64,000 bases of DNA from Promethearchaeota archaeon (GTDB taxonomy: Archaea > Asgardarchaeota > Lokiarchaeia > Sigyniarchaeales > SOKP01): assembly GCA_048939995.1 (NCBI GenBank), contig JBHLOY010000001.1, positions 160,001-224,000 on the forward strand, read 5' to 3'. Below, one piece after another: positions 1 through 9,124 of this stretch. Positions within the stretch are counted from its first letter, which is position 1. Every line of letters starts with the position of its first letter. Under the pieces are notes generated by a model, which searched no databases, was not told the DNA's origin, and was given only the letters and a program-made list of their open reading frames with translations. Both the position numbers and the translations under genes were made by a program.

Positions 1-492
1 CAGTGAAGAAAATCTGAAAACTACACATCTTGATTGGATTGGTGGGATAATTTTATTAGAATAATTGCAAATTAAGATCATTCTACAGTTTTCTGTATAT
101 TGTTCCATAGTTCTTCTAAGTGCTTGTTGAGCGGGTGCTGTCATATTATCAGCTTCATCAAGAATCAGTATTTTAAAAGGAATGTCTATTGGAGGCCTCG
201 TCTTTGCAAAATCTTTAATATATGTTCTAATAACTTCTATTCCTCTTGCATCACTTGCATTTAATTCAAGATATGTTGAATTTAATGCCATTTTTCTTCC
301 AAACAATTCTCTAACTATTGCTAATGCGGAGGTTGTTTTTCCTGTGCCTGCTGGTCCAGCAAAAATAAGATGTGGCATTGATTTATCTTTTATAAATTGT
401 CGAAGTCTATTGATTATTCCTTTTTGATTTACAACGTCATTTAATCTTCTTGGACGATATTTTTCAACCCATGGACGGTTTTCAATGGACAT
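1..492 (-). CDS. rfcS: Replication factor C small subunit (5' part, runs off the window edge)
   Basis: Not in the ORF track. Manual translation from ATG at 492: MSIENRPWVEKYRP, Walker A GPAGTGKTT, LELNASDARG, Walker B ILDEAD, AQQALRR, IQSRC. Confidence 0.95.
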   Translation of the reverse strand, partial: MSIENRPWVEKYRPRRLNDVVNQKGIINRLRQFIKDKSMPHLIFAGPAGTGKTTSALAIVRELFGRKMALNSTYLELNASDARGIEVIRTYIKDFAKTRPPIDIPFKILILDEADNMTAPAQQALRRTMEQYTENCRMILICNYSNKIIPPIQSRCVVFRFSSL

Positions 493-601
493 TGGTAAAC
501 AAAAACTTTAGTTAAAAATATAATATTATTAAAAAATACTATTTAAGAATTAAAATTTCTTTCTATATTAGTAAAAAAAAATAAAATAAATTTGAGAAGA
601 G

Positions 602-1906
602 ATGTCTAATTATCTAATAAATAAAATAAAATCAAGGTGGATCTTAGATTCACGTGGTAATCCTACAGTAGAAACTGAAGTTTATACTAAAGATGGATTC
701 GCTCGTTCAGCAGTTCCTTCAGGTGCATCAACAGGAGCTTTAGAGGCTTTAGAACTCCGCGATGGAGGAAATGCTTTTTTGGGGAAACACGTAACTAAGG
801 CTGTGAGAAATGTTAACGAAATATTGGGAAAAAAGTTAATTGGTTTTGATGTAAGGAATCAACAAGCATTAGATGAAGAAATGATTTCTATAGATGGGAC
901 AGAAAATAAAGGGAATATAGGTGCAAATGCTATTTTATCTGTTTCTCTTAGTACTGCTAAATTGGCTGCAAAGATATTAAATAAACCCTTATTTTCATAT
1001 ATTTATGATTTAAGTTATCATAAATCGAATGAGAACTTTTTATTACCGATACCCTGTTGTAATATCATTAATGGAGGAAAACATGCTGGAAACAATTTGG
1101 CAATACAAGAATTTATGATATTACCCATGAGAGCTCATAATTTTTCGACAGCAATTGAAAATGTAGTTGAGGTATACCAAACCTTAAAAGAAATATTAAA
1201 TAAAAAATATGGTAAGTCTGCTATTAATGTTGGTGATGAGGGGGGTTTTGCGCCTAATGTATCAGACACGAGAGATACATTTGATGTTGTCATAGAGGCT
1301 ATTGAAGAGGCAGGATTTCTCATTGGCGTGGATTTCGTATTAGGTATCGATGCGGCAGCAAGTGAATTCTTTAAAGAAGATCTATACTCTATCGATGGAA
1401 AAAAGCTCAGCGAAGAAGAACTTTTACAATTCTATCTTGATTTAGTTCATGATTATCCTTTAAAATCCATTGAGGACCCTTTTGATGAAAAGTCATTTAG
1501 AGGGTTTACAAACCTTACAGCAAAATTGGATAAAACAATTCAAGTGGTATGTGATGATTTAACTGTTACAAATATGAACTTGTTAAAAAGAGCTATTGAT
1601 GAGAAGGCGGGGAATGCTTTATTACTTAAGGTAAATCAAATTGGAACATTAACTGAAGCTATAAATGCTTGTCAACTAGCATTTAAAAATGGATACAATG
1701 TGATGGTTTCACATCGTTCTGGTGAAACTGAAGACTCATTTATCGCAGATTTATCTGTTGGATTATGTTCTGGACAAATCAAAAGTGGAGCACCATGCCG
1801 TAGCGACAGAACTAGTAAATATAACCAATTACTTAGGATTGAAGAACTTTTAGGTCAAAATGCAAATTACCCAGAAAGCTTTTCCTCCTGGAAACATTAT
1901 CAGTAA
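602..1906 (+). CDS. eno: Enolase
   Basis: DSRGNPTVE, VPSGASTG, GDEGGFAP, LLKVNQIGT, SHRSGETED motifs. Confidence 0.98.
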   Translation: MSNYLINKIKSRWILDSRGNPTVETEVYTKDGFARSAVPSGASTGALEALELRDGGNAFLGKHVTKAVRNVNEILGKKLIGFDVRNQQALDEEMISIDGTENKGNIGANAILSVSLSTAKLAAKILNKPLFSYIYDLSYHKSNENFLLPIPCCNIINGGKHAGNNLAIQEFMILPMRAHNFSTAIENVVEVYQTLKEILNKKYGKSAINVGDEGGFAPNVSDTRDTFDVVIEAIEEAGFLIGVDFVLGIDAAASEFFKEDLYSIDGKKLSEEELLQFYLDLVHDYPLKSIEDPFDEKSFRGFTNLTAKLDKTIQVVCDDLTVTNMNLLKRAIDEKAGNALLLKVNQIGTLTEAINACQLAFKNGYNVMVSHRSGETEDSFIADLSVGLCSGQIKSGAPCRSDRTSKYNQLLRIEELLGQNANYPESFSSWKHYQ

Positions 1907-1923
1907 ATATACGAGATTAAAAG

Positions 1924-2565
1924 TTACTGACTTTTAATAAATCTATAAATATTCACATCAATACTTTTAGTTTTTTGATTATGGAATTCGAAGGTTTTAT
2001 CAAGTTTTAATTTAAAAGGAAAATAATAATCAATCCGCCAATCCAAATTTTTTATGAAATTTACAATAAAATTATGGACTTTTCTATTAGCTAAATGGAT
2101 TGAGTATACTACGCCAGAAAATTCGAATGCTTTTGTTAAAAAACTTCTATCTGCTCTACTTTTTTGTACTCCAAAAGGAGGATTCATGATAGTAGTAATT
2201 CTATTACTTTTGGGTAAAAATTCTGAGCTGAGTTCCAAATTGTTGATATCTGCACACAAAGGAAAGATTATGTGCTCAAGTTGAAGTCTTTTAACATTTT
2301 CTTTGAGGATCTGCATAGCTAAAATATCAATATCAATACTTATTATACAGTTCGGATGAAAATAGGCAGATGCTATTGATAATCTTCCTGTTCCAGCACC
2401 AAAATCAAAGATAAGGTGATTTGTGATATCATTAAATTCAAACCCGGCAAAAAAAGTAATATCTACAGCACTAACTGCATCAATACAATATTGTTCTAAT
2501 TCAATTTTGGGATCAGAAAAAGTGGCTGTATTTTGAATAATAGAAGTCATTTCTTTTTTCTTAAT
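1924..2565 (-). CDS. METTL5-family (N6-adenine) RNA methyltransferase; start either ATG 2550 or ATT 2565
   Basis: LEQY, DFGAGTGRL SAM-binding loop, MNPPFG catalytic motif, YSIH. In-frame upstream IKKKE matches the usual MKKKEL-like N-terminus. Confidence 0.88.
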   Translation of the reverse strand: MKKKEMTSIIQNTATFSDPKIELEQYCIDAVSAVDITFFAGFEFNDITNHLIFDFGAGTGRLSIASAYFHPNCIISIDIDILAMQILKENVKRLQLEHIIFPLCADINNLELSSEFLPKSNRITTIMNPPFGVQKSRADRSFLTKAFEFSGVVYSIHLANRKVHNFIVNFIKNLDWRIDYYFPFKLKLDKTFEFHNQKTKSIDVNIYRFIKSQ

Positions 2566-2667
2566 TTTAAACGCCTGAAACTTAAATTTAGAGTTTTTAT
2601 AAATTAGTATGGATAAATTTAATTAATTTATTTAATAATAATTAAATAGAGAAATTAAAAGAATGTT

Positions 2668-3273
2668 TTGAAATATATGAAAGAAGCGATTAAAAATAAA
2701 GATATCGTTATTACTGGTCAATATCTAGGTGTTGTCGAGGAATTCCTTCCTGATAAGCAATCCTCTTACGTAAAGGATGGTAAAATTTATGCTACTAAAA
2801 CGGGTATAATTTTAATTGATAAAAATAAAAAACGAATTGAAATTAAAAGTCATCAAGAAGAGGATAGAAAAACTGTTAAGATCGGTGATATTGTTATAGG
2901 AACTGTCCTTTTTTTAAGACAATATTCTATCGGATTGAATTTCCATACCATAAATAATAAACTTCATTTTAATAGTTCTTATTTTGGTAATATTCATGTC
3001 TCACAAATCTCCCATAAATATGTAGAAAAAATTGCTGATGCATTTCAAATAACAGATATTCTACGTGCTAAAGTAGTCGAGCAAACTACTAATGAGTTTA
3101 AATTAAGTACTGTTGGAAACAATTTGGGTGTAATCCATGCTGATTGTGTAATATGTGGTACTACACTTGAAAAAATTGGTCATAATAAATTACGTTGCAA
3201 TAGATGTGGTAATACGGAAACGAGAAAATTAGCAAATGATTACGGGAACGTTAATGAGAGTTTAAGGTATTAG
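2668..3273 (+). CDS. csl4: Exosome RNA-binding subunit Csl4 (start possibly ATG 2677)
   Basis: LGVVEEFLP, S1 domain (IHVSQI, DILRAKV), C-terminal Zn ribbon CVIC...CNRC-ETRKLA. Confidence 0.92.
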   Translation: MKYMKEAIKNKDIVITGQYLGVVEEFLPDKQSSYVKDGKIYATKTGIILIDKNKKRIEIKSHQEEDRKTVKIGDIVIGTVLFLRQYSIGLNFHTINNKLHFNSSYFGNIHVSQISHKYVEKIADAFQITDILRAKVVEQTTNEFKLSTVGNNLGVIHADCVICGTTLEKIGHNKLRCNRCGNTETRKLANDYGNVNESLRY

Positions 3274-3322
3274 ACAACACCCTTAATTATATTCTAATTT
3301 ATGAAAATAAAGGAGAGAAATA

Positions 3323-3547
3323 TTGGTCAAACGTGGAGGAAGACGAGTAATTCATTTTTATAATCCAAGCGGAAATTTAGATAATACTATCAAATTTCTG
3401 GAAAATATTCAAAAAAAAGTCAATTATCTCAATTTAAATTGTGAAGTAGAAGGAAAAACAATAAAAGTAACCTTATATGGGCCGAAAGACCTTCAATATC
3501 TCGCAATTGGTAGATTAAGAGAATTAGCAAATCAGTTCTTATCATAA
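3323..3547 (+). CDS. Small hypothetical protein (74 aa)
   Basis: TTG start preceded by AAGGAG; fills the gap between csl4 and rpo11. Confidence 0.6.
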   Translation: MVKRGGRRVIHFYNPSGNLDNTIKFLENIQKKVNYLNLNCEVEGKTIKVTLYGPKDLQYLAIGRLRELANQFLS

Positions 3548-3654
3548 AAAGTATTCCCAAAAATTTCTGGTTTTTTATTACTTTAACAAAACAAAAAAAA
3601 TTTATTTTATACTATATTAGAAATAATAGATTTGAAGGTTATGGTGAAATTACT

Positions 3655-4140
3655 ATGGCAAAAAAAAAACCTAAGAAAGAAGATGATCTTGAAGGATTAG
3701 ATGATGATTTTCTCGATGATATTGAAAACGTTTATCCAACTTTGAAGAAATCGAAGGAACAAAAGGAAAATGATTTGGATCTTGCTATTGAAGATGAAGG
3801 ACTTCAAGAGGAAGAACTTGAATATGAAATGGAAGAAATTCCTAAGCCTCCAGAATATAAATATTTAAATTTGGCTATTGTAAAAGGAGAACAAGAGAAC
3901 GACTATCACCTGAGTGTGGAAGGTCAATCTCATGGATTTTTAAGTATTTTGGTTAAACATCTCCTTAATACAGAAGGAGTAAATTCAGCAGCTTATAAAG
4001 TTACTAGGATTGATCCCCCCGAGGTATTTGTACGATTAGAAAAAGGTAATAAAATAAAAAATGTCCTTCGGAAAGCAATACAATCCTTAAGGAATGAAGT
4101 AAACGAAGTAGAAAAGGTATTTAAACCAATTATAAAATAA
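3655..4140 (+). CDS. rpo11: RNA polymerase subunit Rpo11 (RpoL) with long acidic N-terminal extension
   Basis: C-terminal VEGQSHGFLSILVKHLL..EGV..AAYKV resembles RpoL; typical position after csl4; GGTGA SD. Confidence 0.8.
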   Translation: MAKKKPKKEDDLEGLDDDFLDDIENVYPTLKKSKEQKENDLDLAIEDEGLQEEELEYEMEEIPKPPEYKYLNLAIVKGEQENDYHLSVEGQSHGFLSILVKHLLNTEGVNSAAYKVTRIDPPEVFVRLEKGNKIKNVLRKAIQSLRNEVNEVEKVFKPIIK

Positions 4141-4196
4141 ACTTTAATTCTGATTATATATAAAATTTATAAAAGTTTAATCTTGAACTAACATTA

Positions 4197-4655
4197 ATGT
4201 CCTATGATTTTTTAATTAAAGATTTAACACTGAAAACATCTCAAAAAGCTATTGGTACAGATAAAGGATTAGCTAAAATAGGAGATGGTATTGTAAATTT
4301 TGTATATTCGGTAGCAAAGTCTATCTATTTAACAAAAAAGAGTTTCAACAATAAAATAATTAGAACAGGTAAAAAAGTTAATAAAACTATTTTATCTAAT
4401 GCATTAAAAAACGCTAACTTAAAGAGCTGCGCAAAAACTAGAGCTGATGCTCATGATCTGGCAGACACAGCTGAAGCAATAATAGCATATATCTGGTTAT
4501 CAGGAAAAATGAATATGGATTCTATGATCAGGATTATATTTGAAAATCTTTCCGGTAATCTTGATATTAGAACAGAAGAAATCCGAAATGCTACTATAGC
4601 ATTCACACAATTATTAGAATCAATAAAAATTTATCTCCCTACCTCTAAAGTATGA
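4197..4655 (+). CDS. Archaeal RNase III-like domain protein
   Basis: DKGLAKIGDGIVNFVYSVA and ADTAEAIIAYIW match the archaeal RNase III-family signature; usual neighbour of rpoL/DUF99. Confidence 0.8.
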   Translation: MSYDFLIKDLTLKTSQKAIGTDKGLAKIGDGIVNFVYSVAKSIYLTKKSFNNKIIRTGKKVNKTILSNALKNANLKSCAKTRADAHDLADTAEAIIAYIWLSGKMNMDSMIRIIFENLSGNLDIRTEEIRNATIAFTQLLESIKIYLPTSKV

Positions 4656-5212
4656 AACAATTTCCAATTACAATAGGATTTGATGATGCTAAATTTGAGT
4701 TGAAATCAAAAGTAAAAACAACTCAATTAATCGGAGTAGTCTGTCAAGGTATGAGGCTAGTTAGAGTATTAATAAGTCCAATTTCTATTGATGGAGATGA
4801 TGCAACTATTAGTTTAATCAAACTTGCTAAACAAAATGAAAAACATATTCAATATGTTCTTACGGATACAATAACTTTTGGAGGATTTAATATTATAGAT
4901 TTAGAAGAGATTTATACTAAGCTAAAAAAACCGATTATAGCAGTTACAGAACGAGAAGTAGATCTTGATTCGGTTAAAGTAGCTTTAATCAATAAATTTC
5001 CTAAAACCTATAAGAAAAAGCTCCAATATATTATAAATGCTGGAGAATTATTTGAAACTACAGTAGAAACTGCGGGTGGTCGTTCAAAAATATATCTTCA
5101 CTTAAAGGGAGTAATATTTGATGAAGCTAAAGATTTACTAAAAAGATTATGCATCGATTCAAAAATGCCAGAACCTGTAAGAATTGCTCATCTAATTGGG
5201 AAGGCTTTTTAA
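4652..5212 (+). CDS. DUF99 / endonuclease V-like protein
   Basis: IGFDDA, DGDDAT, ITFGGFNIID, PEPVRIAHLI. Confidence 0.88.
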   Translation: MKQFPITIGFDDAKFELKSKVKTTQLIGVVCQGMRLVRVLISPISIDGDDATISLIKLAKQNEKHIQYVLTDTITFGGFNIIDLEEIYTKLKKPIIAVTEREVDLDSVKVALINKFPKTYKKKLQYIINAGELFETTVETAGGRSKIYLHLKGVIFDEAKDLLKRLCIDSKMPEPVRIAHLIGKAF

Positions 5213-5685
5213 AACGTAGCGACTTCATATTCTAATATTTCCTTCATTCGCTCTCGTAACTCAGGATGAATAGCAGTCATCCCATAGGTTTTTAACCCGC
5301 CTAACCTCCTTTGCACCTCTTGTGCACTCAATGCTCCTTGGAGATCCTGTTTATTTGCTATAGCAATGATTTTAGTGCCCAAATTCCGCTCAAATCTATC
5401 ATAGATCTCCTTAGTCTTCTTCACACTTTCCTCTGTAGAATCACACACCAGCACAGCTAATCCCGCACCCCGTAGGAAGTCTTTCCACATAAATTTGAAC
5501 CGCTGTTGACCCCCTAAATCCCAAATACTTACTTTCTTTCCATTTAAAATAGAATCCTCAACTTCTAATCCCACAGTTGGAACCCGCTTCTTTGGAACTT
5601 CCCTCCCTTGTAATAAAGACAGTAAAGAAGTTTTCCCTACTCCACCTTCCCCCACAATACAAATCTTTGATTTAGTTGTGAAAAC
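5209..5685 (-). CDS. Small GTPase, Arf/Arl-like; true start uncertain, upstream of GTG 5655
   Basis: KICIVGEGGVGKT, PTVG, WDLGGQ, ANKQDL. The beta1 strand KICI lies upstream of the first canonical start; TAG at 5701-5703. Confidence 0.88.
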   Translation of the reverse strand, partial: VFTTKSKICIVGEGGVGKTSLLSLLQGREVPKKRVPTVGLEVEDSILNGKKVSIWDLGGQQRFKFMWKDFLRGAGLAVLVCDSTEESVKKTKEIYDRFERNLGTKIIAIANKQDLQGALSAQEVQRRLGGLKTYGMTAIHPELRERMKEILEYEVATF

Positions 5686-6068
5686 CTTAACCGACCCTTT
5701 CTACTTAATTTGCTTTAAATAGAAAGGATAAACCTCTGTTCAAAAATTAAAATAATATTCGCATAACATGAGAAGTTTAGAAGTAAATCATTCTGGATTT
5801 TCCCGAAATATGAAATAGACATGCATTAATGCTACCAAAACAGCGTATTAAGTTAACAAAATATGAGAAAAGCATATATCAGAGTTTATATTATAGTTTT
5901 TTAAGTGGGAGACTACTCTATGACCGCGCCAGTTTCATGATCGAGCGCAGATCTAATAATTGCTTACTAATTAAAATATTAATAAAAATGGTAAATACTA
6001 ATAGAAATAGTGAATTAAAAAATATTTATATATAAAAATTTAATAAAAAAACAGAATAAATTATAGCT

Positions 6069-7406
6069 TTATGCTCCAGTTTCAATATCCTTGACTATGC
6101 CAACTGCAATAGTCCTGCCCATATCACGAACGGCGAATCTCCCCATCTCCGCAAACTGGTCATAGCGCTCCAAGCACATCTTTTTTATAGGCTGTAGTTT
6201 AATGACAGCAGATTCATTTCGCTTTATGAACTTCGGTGCATCTTCTATGACCGCTCCTGTTTTCTGATCAAGCTTTTTGCTGATTTCTATGAACTTTGCT
6301 GCGACCTGAGCAGTATGAGCGTGAATTACAGGGGTATATCCTTGAGCAATAGCGGTTGGGTGCCAAATAACTATAATTTGCCCTGTCCAATTGCCATTTG
6401 GGAATATGACGTTAGGGGGATTGTTTGGGTGACCAAGGCAATCTCCTCTCCCTACATCCTTCATTTCAAGGCCTCTAATACTGAATCCAACGTTATCACC
6501 TGGTTCAGCTTGAGGAATTTCCTCATGATGCATTTCAATGCTTCGGATTTCACCTTGAAATCCAGTTGGCATAATGATAATTTTGTCACCTTTCTTAAGT
6601 ACACCAGTTTCGACTCTACCAACTGGAACAACACCGGTTCCTTTAATTCTATACGCATCCTGGATTGGGAGTCGTAATGCCTTATCAGTTGGTTTTGGTG
6701 GTATCTCAAATTGATCGATTGCGTCAATGAGGGTTGGACCATCATACCAAGGCAATTTATCGCTTTTCTTTGAAAGATTTTGCATCATCAACCCTGAGAC
6801 AGGTACAAATGGAATCTTTTTAACAGGGAATCCTATATTTTTTAAGAGATCTGAAACTGCTTCTTTGCATTCATTAAAGCGTGCTTCACTATAGTCATAG
6901 TTATCTGCTTTATTGATTGCTACAACTAATTGTTTTATTCCAAGAGTTTGAGCTAAATAAGCATGTTCTCGTGTTTGACCATTGGCAGCAATTCCAACTT
7001 CCATTTCACCTTTTTTACCAGATACAACTAAAATAGCAGCATCAGCTTGTGAAGCACCCGTGATCATATTCTTTACGAAATCAGCATGACCAGGAGCATC
7101 AATTATTGTGAAATATTTGTTTGGAGTTTCAAATTTTCTGAAAGCTAAATCGATAGTAATACCTCTTTGGCGTTCCTCTTTTAATTTGTCAAATACGAAT
7201 GCATAGGACCAAGAATCTCGATCGAACTCTTTTGCTAATTTTTCTAATTCGCGAGCTTCTCTATCGGTGACTGCTCCTGTCTCTATTAACAGGGCACCCA
7301 TCATTGTGGACTATATGGGATTAAACCTAAGTGGTTATCTAATCATTCCATGATCGATGTGCCCAATAATAACTAGATTCAGATGTTGTTTTTGTTTTGA
7401 AGACAT
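6069..7406 (-). CDS. tuf: Translation elongation factor EF-1alpha; two exons (7346-7406 and 6069-7312), 434 aa after removing the 33-nt intron
   Basis: Exon 1 MSSKQKQHLNLVIIGHIDHG; spliced junction gives GHIDHGKST; then ERQRGITID, DAPGH, GQTREH, NKAD, GRFAVRDM. Confidence 0.95.
7313..7345 (-). other. 33-nt bulge-helix-bulge (BHB) intron in the EF-1alpha mRNA
   Basis: Intron UGAUUAGAUAACCACUUAGGUUUAAUCCCAUAU. Central helix AUGG/CCAU, bulges AA^U and AU^A, intron stem GAUUA/UAAUC. Excision yields GGA AAG UCC (G-K-S). Confidence 0.9.
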
Positions 7407-7460
7407 TTCTTTATCAACTTAATTTTTTTTTAGATAATATAATATTAATTGAATATAGAT

Positions 7461-7470
7461 TTTATTTAAA
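7461..7470 (-). promoter_or_regulatory. Putative TATA box of the EF-1alpha gene
   Basis: TTTAAATAAA on the minus strand about 55 nt upstream of ATG 7406; weak evidence in an AT-rich background. Confidence 0.35.
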
Positions 7471-7549
7471 GATATTAGTTCTAAGTCTTGCTCAATATTT
7501 ATTTTTTACTATAAAAATAAGGTAATTTTGTATATAATAAGAAGGTAAG

Positions 7550-9084
7550 CTAATTTTTTTCATTTTTTAACTGAATTATTTCAGATAAAGTTTTATTACA
7601 ACTTTTTTTCTTAATTGGAGCTGAAATATTCCATTCATTCATTAATTTACGTAAGGTCTTAATATTTACCTCCAAACCATTAGCTACGTCTTGGACAGAA
7701 AATCTATCAACCAAAAATTGAAGATTATTTTCATTTTCTACTTTTGACTTTAGAAGATCATAAGCCTCACGATAAGTATCAAAATATCTCCTTTTCCTTT
7801 CAAGGGAATCGACACAATTTTCAGTACTACTTATCATTTCATTGAATAAAACCGCTCCTAATGAGAGTTCCCATACTATCCTTCGAGATTTGATAATGTC
7901 ATCCGGTGATGGTTCATTTTTAACATAGACTTTGTATTTAATGTCAAAGACATCCTTTATTTTATCTAAAAACCATTTTTCCGATGAACAAATCTTTGTA
8001 GTCCCCTCTATCCTATCGGCATCATATACACCTAATAACCAAGATAAAGCATGTTCTCTATTATTTTCATTAAGATTCAATACAAAGTCGGGAATTTCCT
8101 TAAATTTAATTCTTTCTAAATCTTTAAATAAAGGTTTACATGTAAATTGTACATTTATAAGTGTGAATTTCTTTTTCTCTCCATGATAATCAATTATTCT
8201 TTCTCTTTCATTCAATTTATTTTTAGGGTTTAATCCTAAGACTTCACAAAATTTTAATAAATGAATTTTGTCCTAAATAAAAAGCCTAACCAATATGCTT
8301 TATCTTTTGTATTTATTCTTTTAAAATAATCATATTTTAGCTTTGGTTCCTTTACTTGCCACTGCTGATGTGAATAATCTTTTAAATTAGGATTACATTT
8401 TTGATACTTCTCAACTATTTTTGAACTTATTCCAATCTCTTTATTAGAGGATAATAAATTCTCTTCTAACATCTTGATTTGTTTCTTAGAAAACTTATAA
8501 TCAGGATTGTATCCAGAATTATTCGGATTTTTCAGTCTCCCAAAAATATGTTTTAAGAATTCCTTCCCTCTACCAAAATATTTAATACTTACATATTCTC
8601 GAAGTTTTGTAATAGAAAGTGAATCTAGATTTGGATCTACTTGTACCACTGCTTTAAGTAAGTCATTGATGAAATTATCTGTGGGGTATTTTCCAATTTT
8701 TTTTGGCTGACTTTCAAGATCATAATTAATATTGCTAATTTTTACACCCCTTTTGATAGGTACATCTCTATTTTCCTTTCTTTTCGATATCGTATTTTTA
8801 TCTTCAGAATCTCCCATCCAATGAATCGAATCACATTTCTTTACTTTTTTCTCTTGAGAGCCTTTATTTATCCAATCTATCTTATCAAACTTAGTTGTAT
8901 TTTTCTCATTAGGAGCATTATTTACCCAATCTATCTTATCAAATTTACTCTCTTTGTCTACTCTCTCTCTTTTTTTATTATCTTTCAATATTTTTTCTTC
9001 ATTATCATCATTATAATCAACCACAATATCATTATCTGTTTTATTTTTCTTAACAGAGTTATTGTTCTTTGTTTTAAAACTCAT
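7550..9084 (-). pseudogene. Split/degenerate LAGLIDADG-type homing endonuclease gene with N-terminal low-complexity/repeat region and C-terminal HTH-like tail
   Basis: ORF 8254-9084 ends in DYFKRINTKDKAYWLGFLF (motif 1 lacking ADG). Another frame resumes with DKIHLLKFCEVLG and continues into ORF 7550-8215, which has WLLGVYDADR (motif 2 with R for G). Confidence 0.75.
8815..8950 (-). repeat. 54-nt (18-aa) tandem coding repeat, about 2.5-3 copies
   Basis: KFDKIDWVN / KFDKIDWIN / KCDSIHW; ccaatctatcttatcaaa recurs at 54-nt spacing. Confidence 0.8.
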
Positions 9085-9124
9085 TTTTTTTTAACCATTT
9101 TCTCTTTTTATTTTTAATTTAAAA

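Noticed and set aside
182-427. 81-aa plus-strand ORF
   Set aside because: Antisense shadow of rfcS. The same applies to the other short ORFs nested in or opposite well-supported genes (e.g. 1135, 2054, 6315, 6461, 7932, 8507, 8821, 16022, 18362, 18540, 20121, 23446, 24482, 28834, 30627, 39455, 47698, 47908, 52224, 53304, 54196, 56705, 57553, 60134, 62430).
5915-5955. Possible SECIS-like element (ATGA...GA around a GC stem)
   Set aside because: The stem is short and out of register, there is no apical AA motif, and no upstream gene with a plausible Sec UGA.
5829-6035. 68-aa ORF between the GTPase and EF-1alpha
   Set aside because: No recognisable motif or SD; it runs through AT-rich terminator-like sequence and is probably spurious.
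6069-7304. ORF-track call of a 411-aa EF-1alpha starting at MMGALL
   Set aside because: It lacks the G1 P-loop; the real N-terminus is at 7406 and is joined by removing the 33-nt intron.
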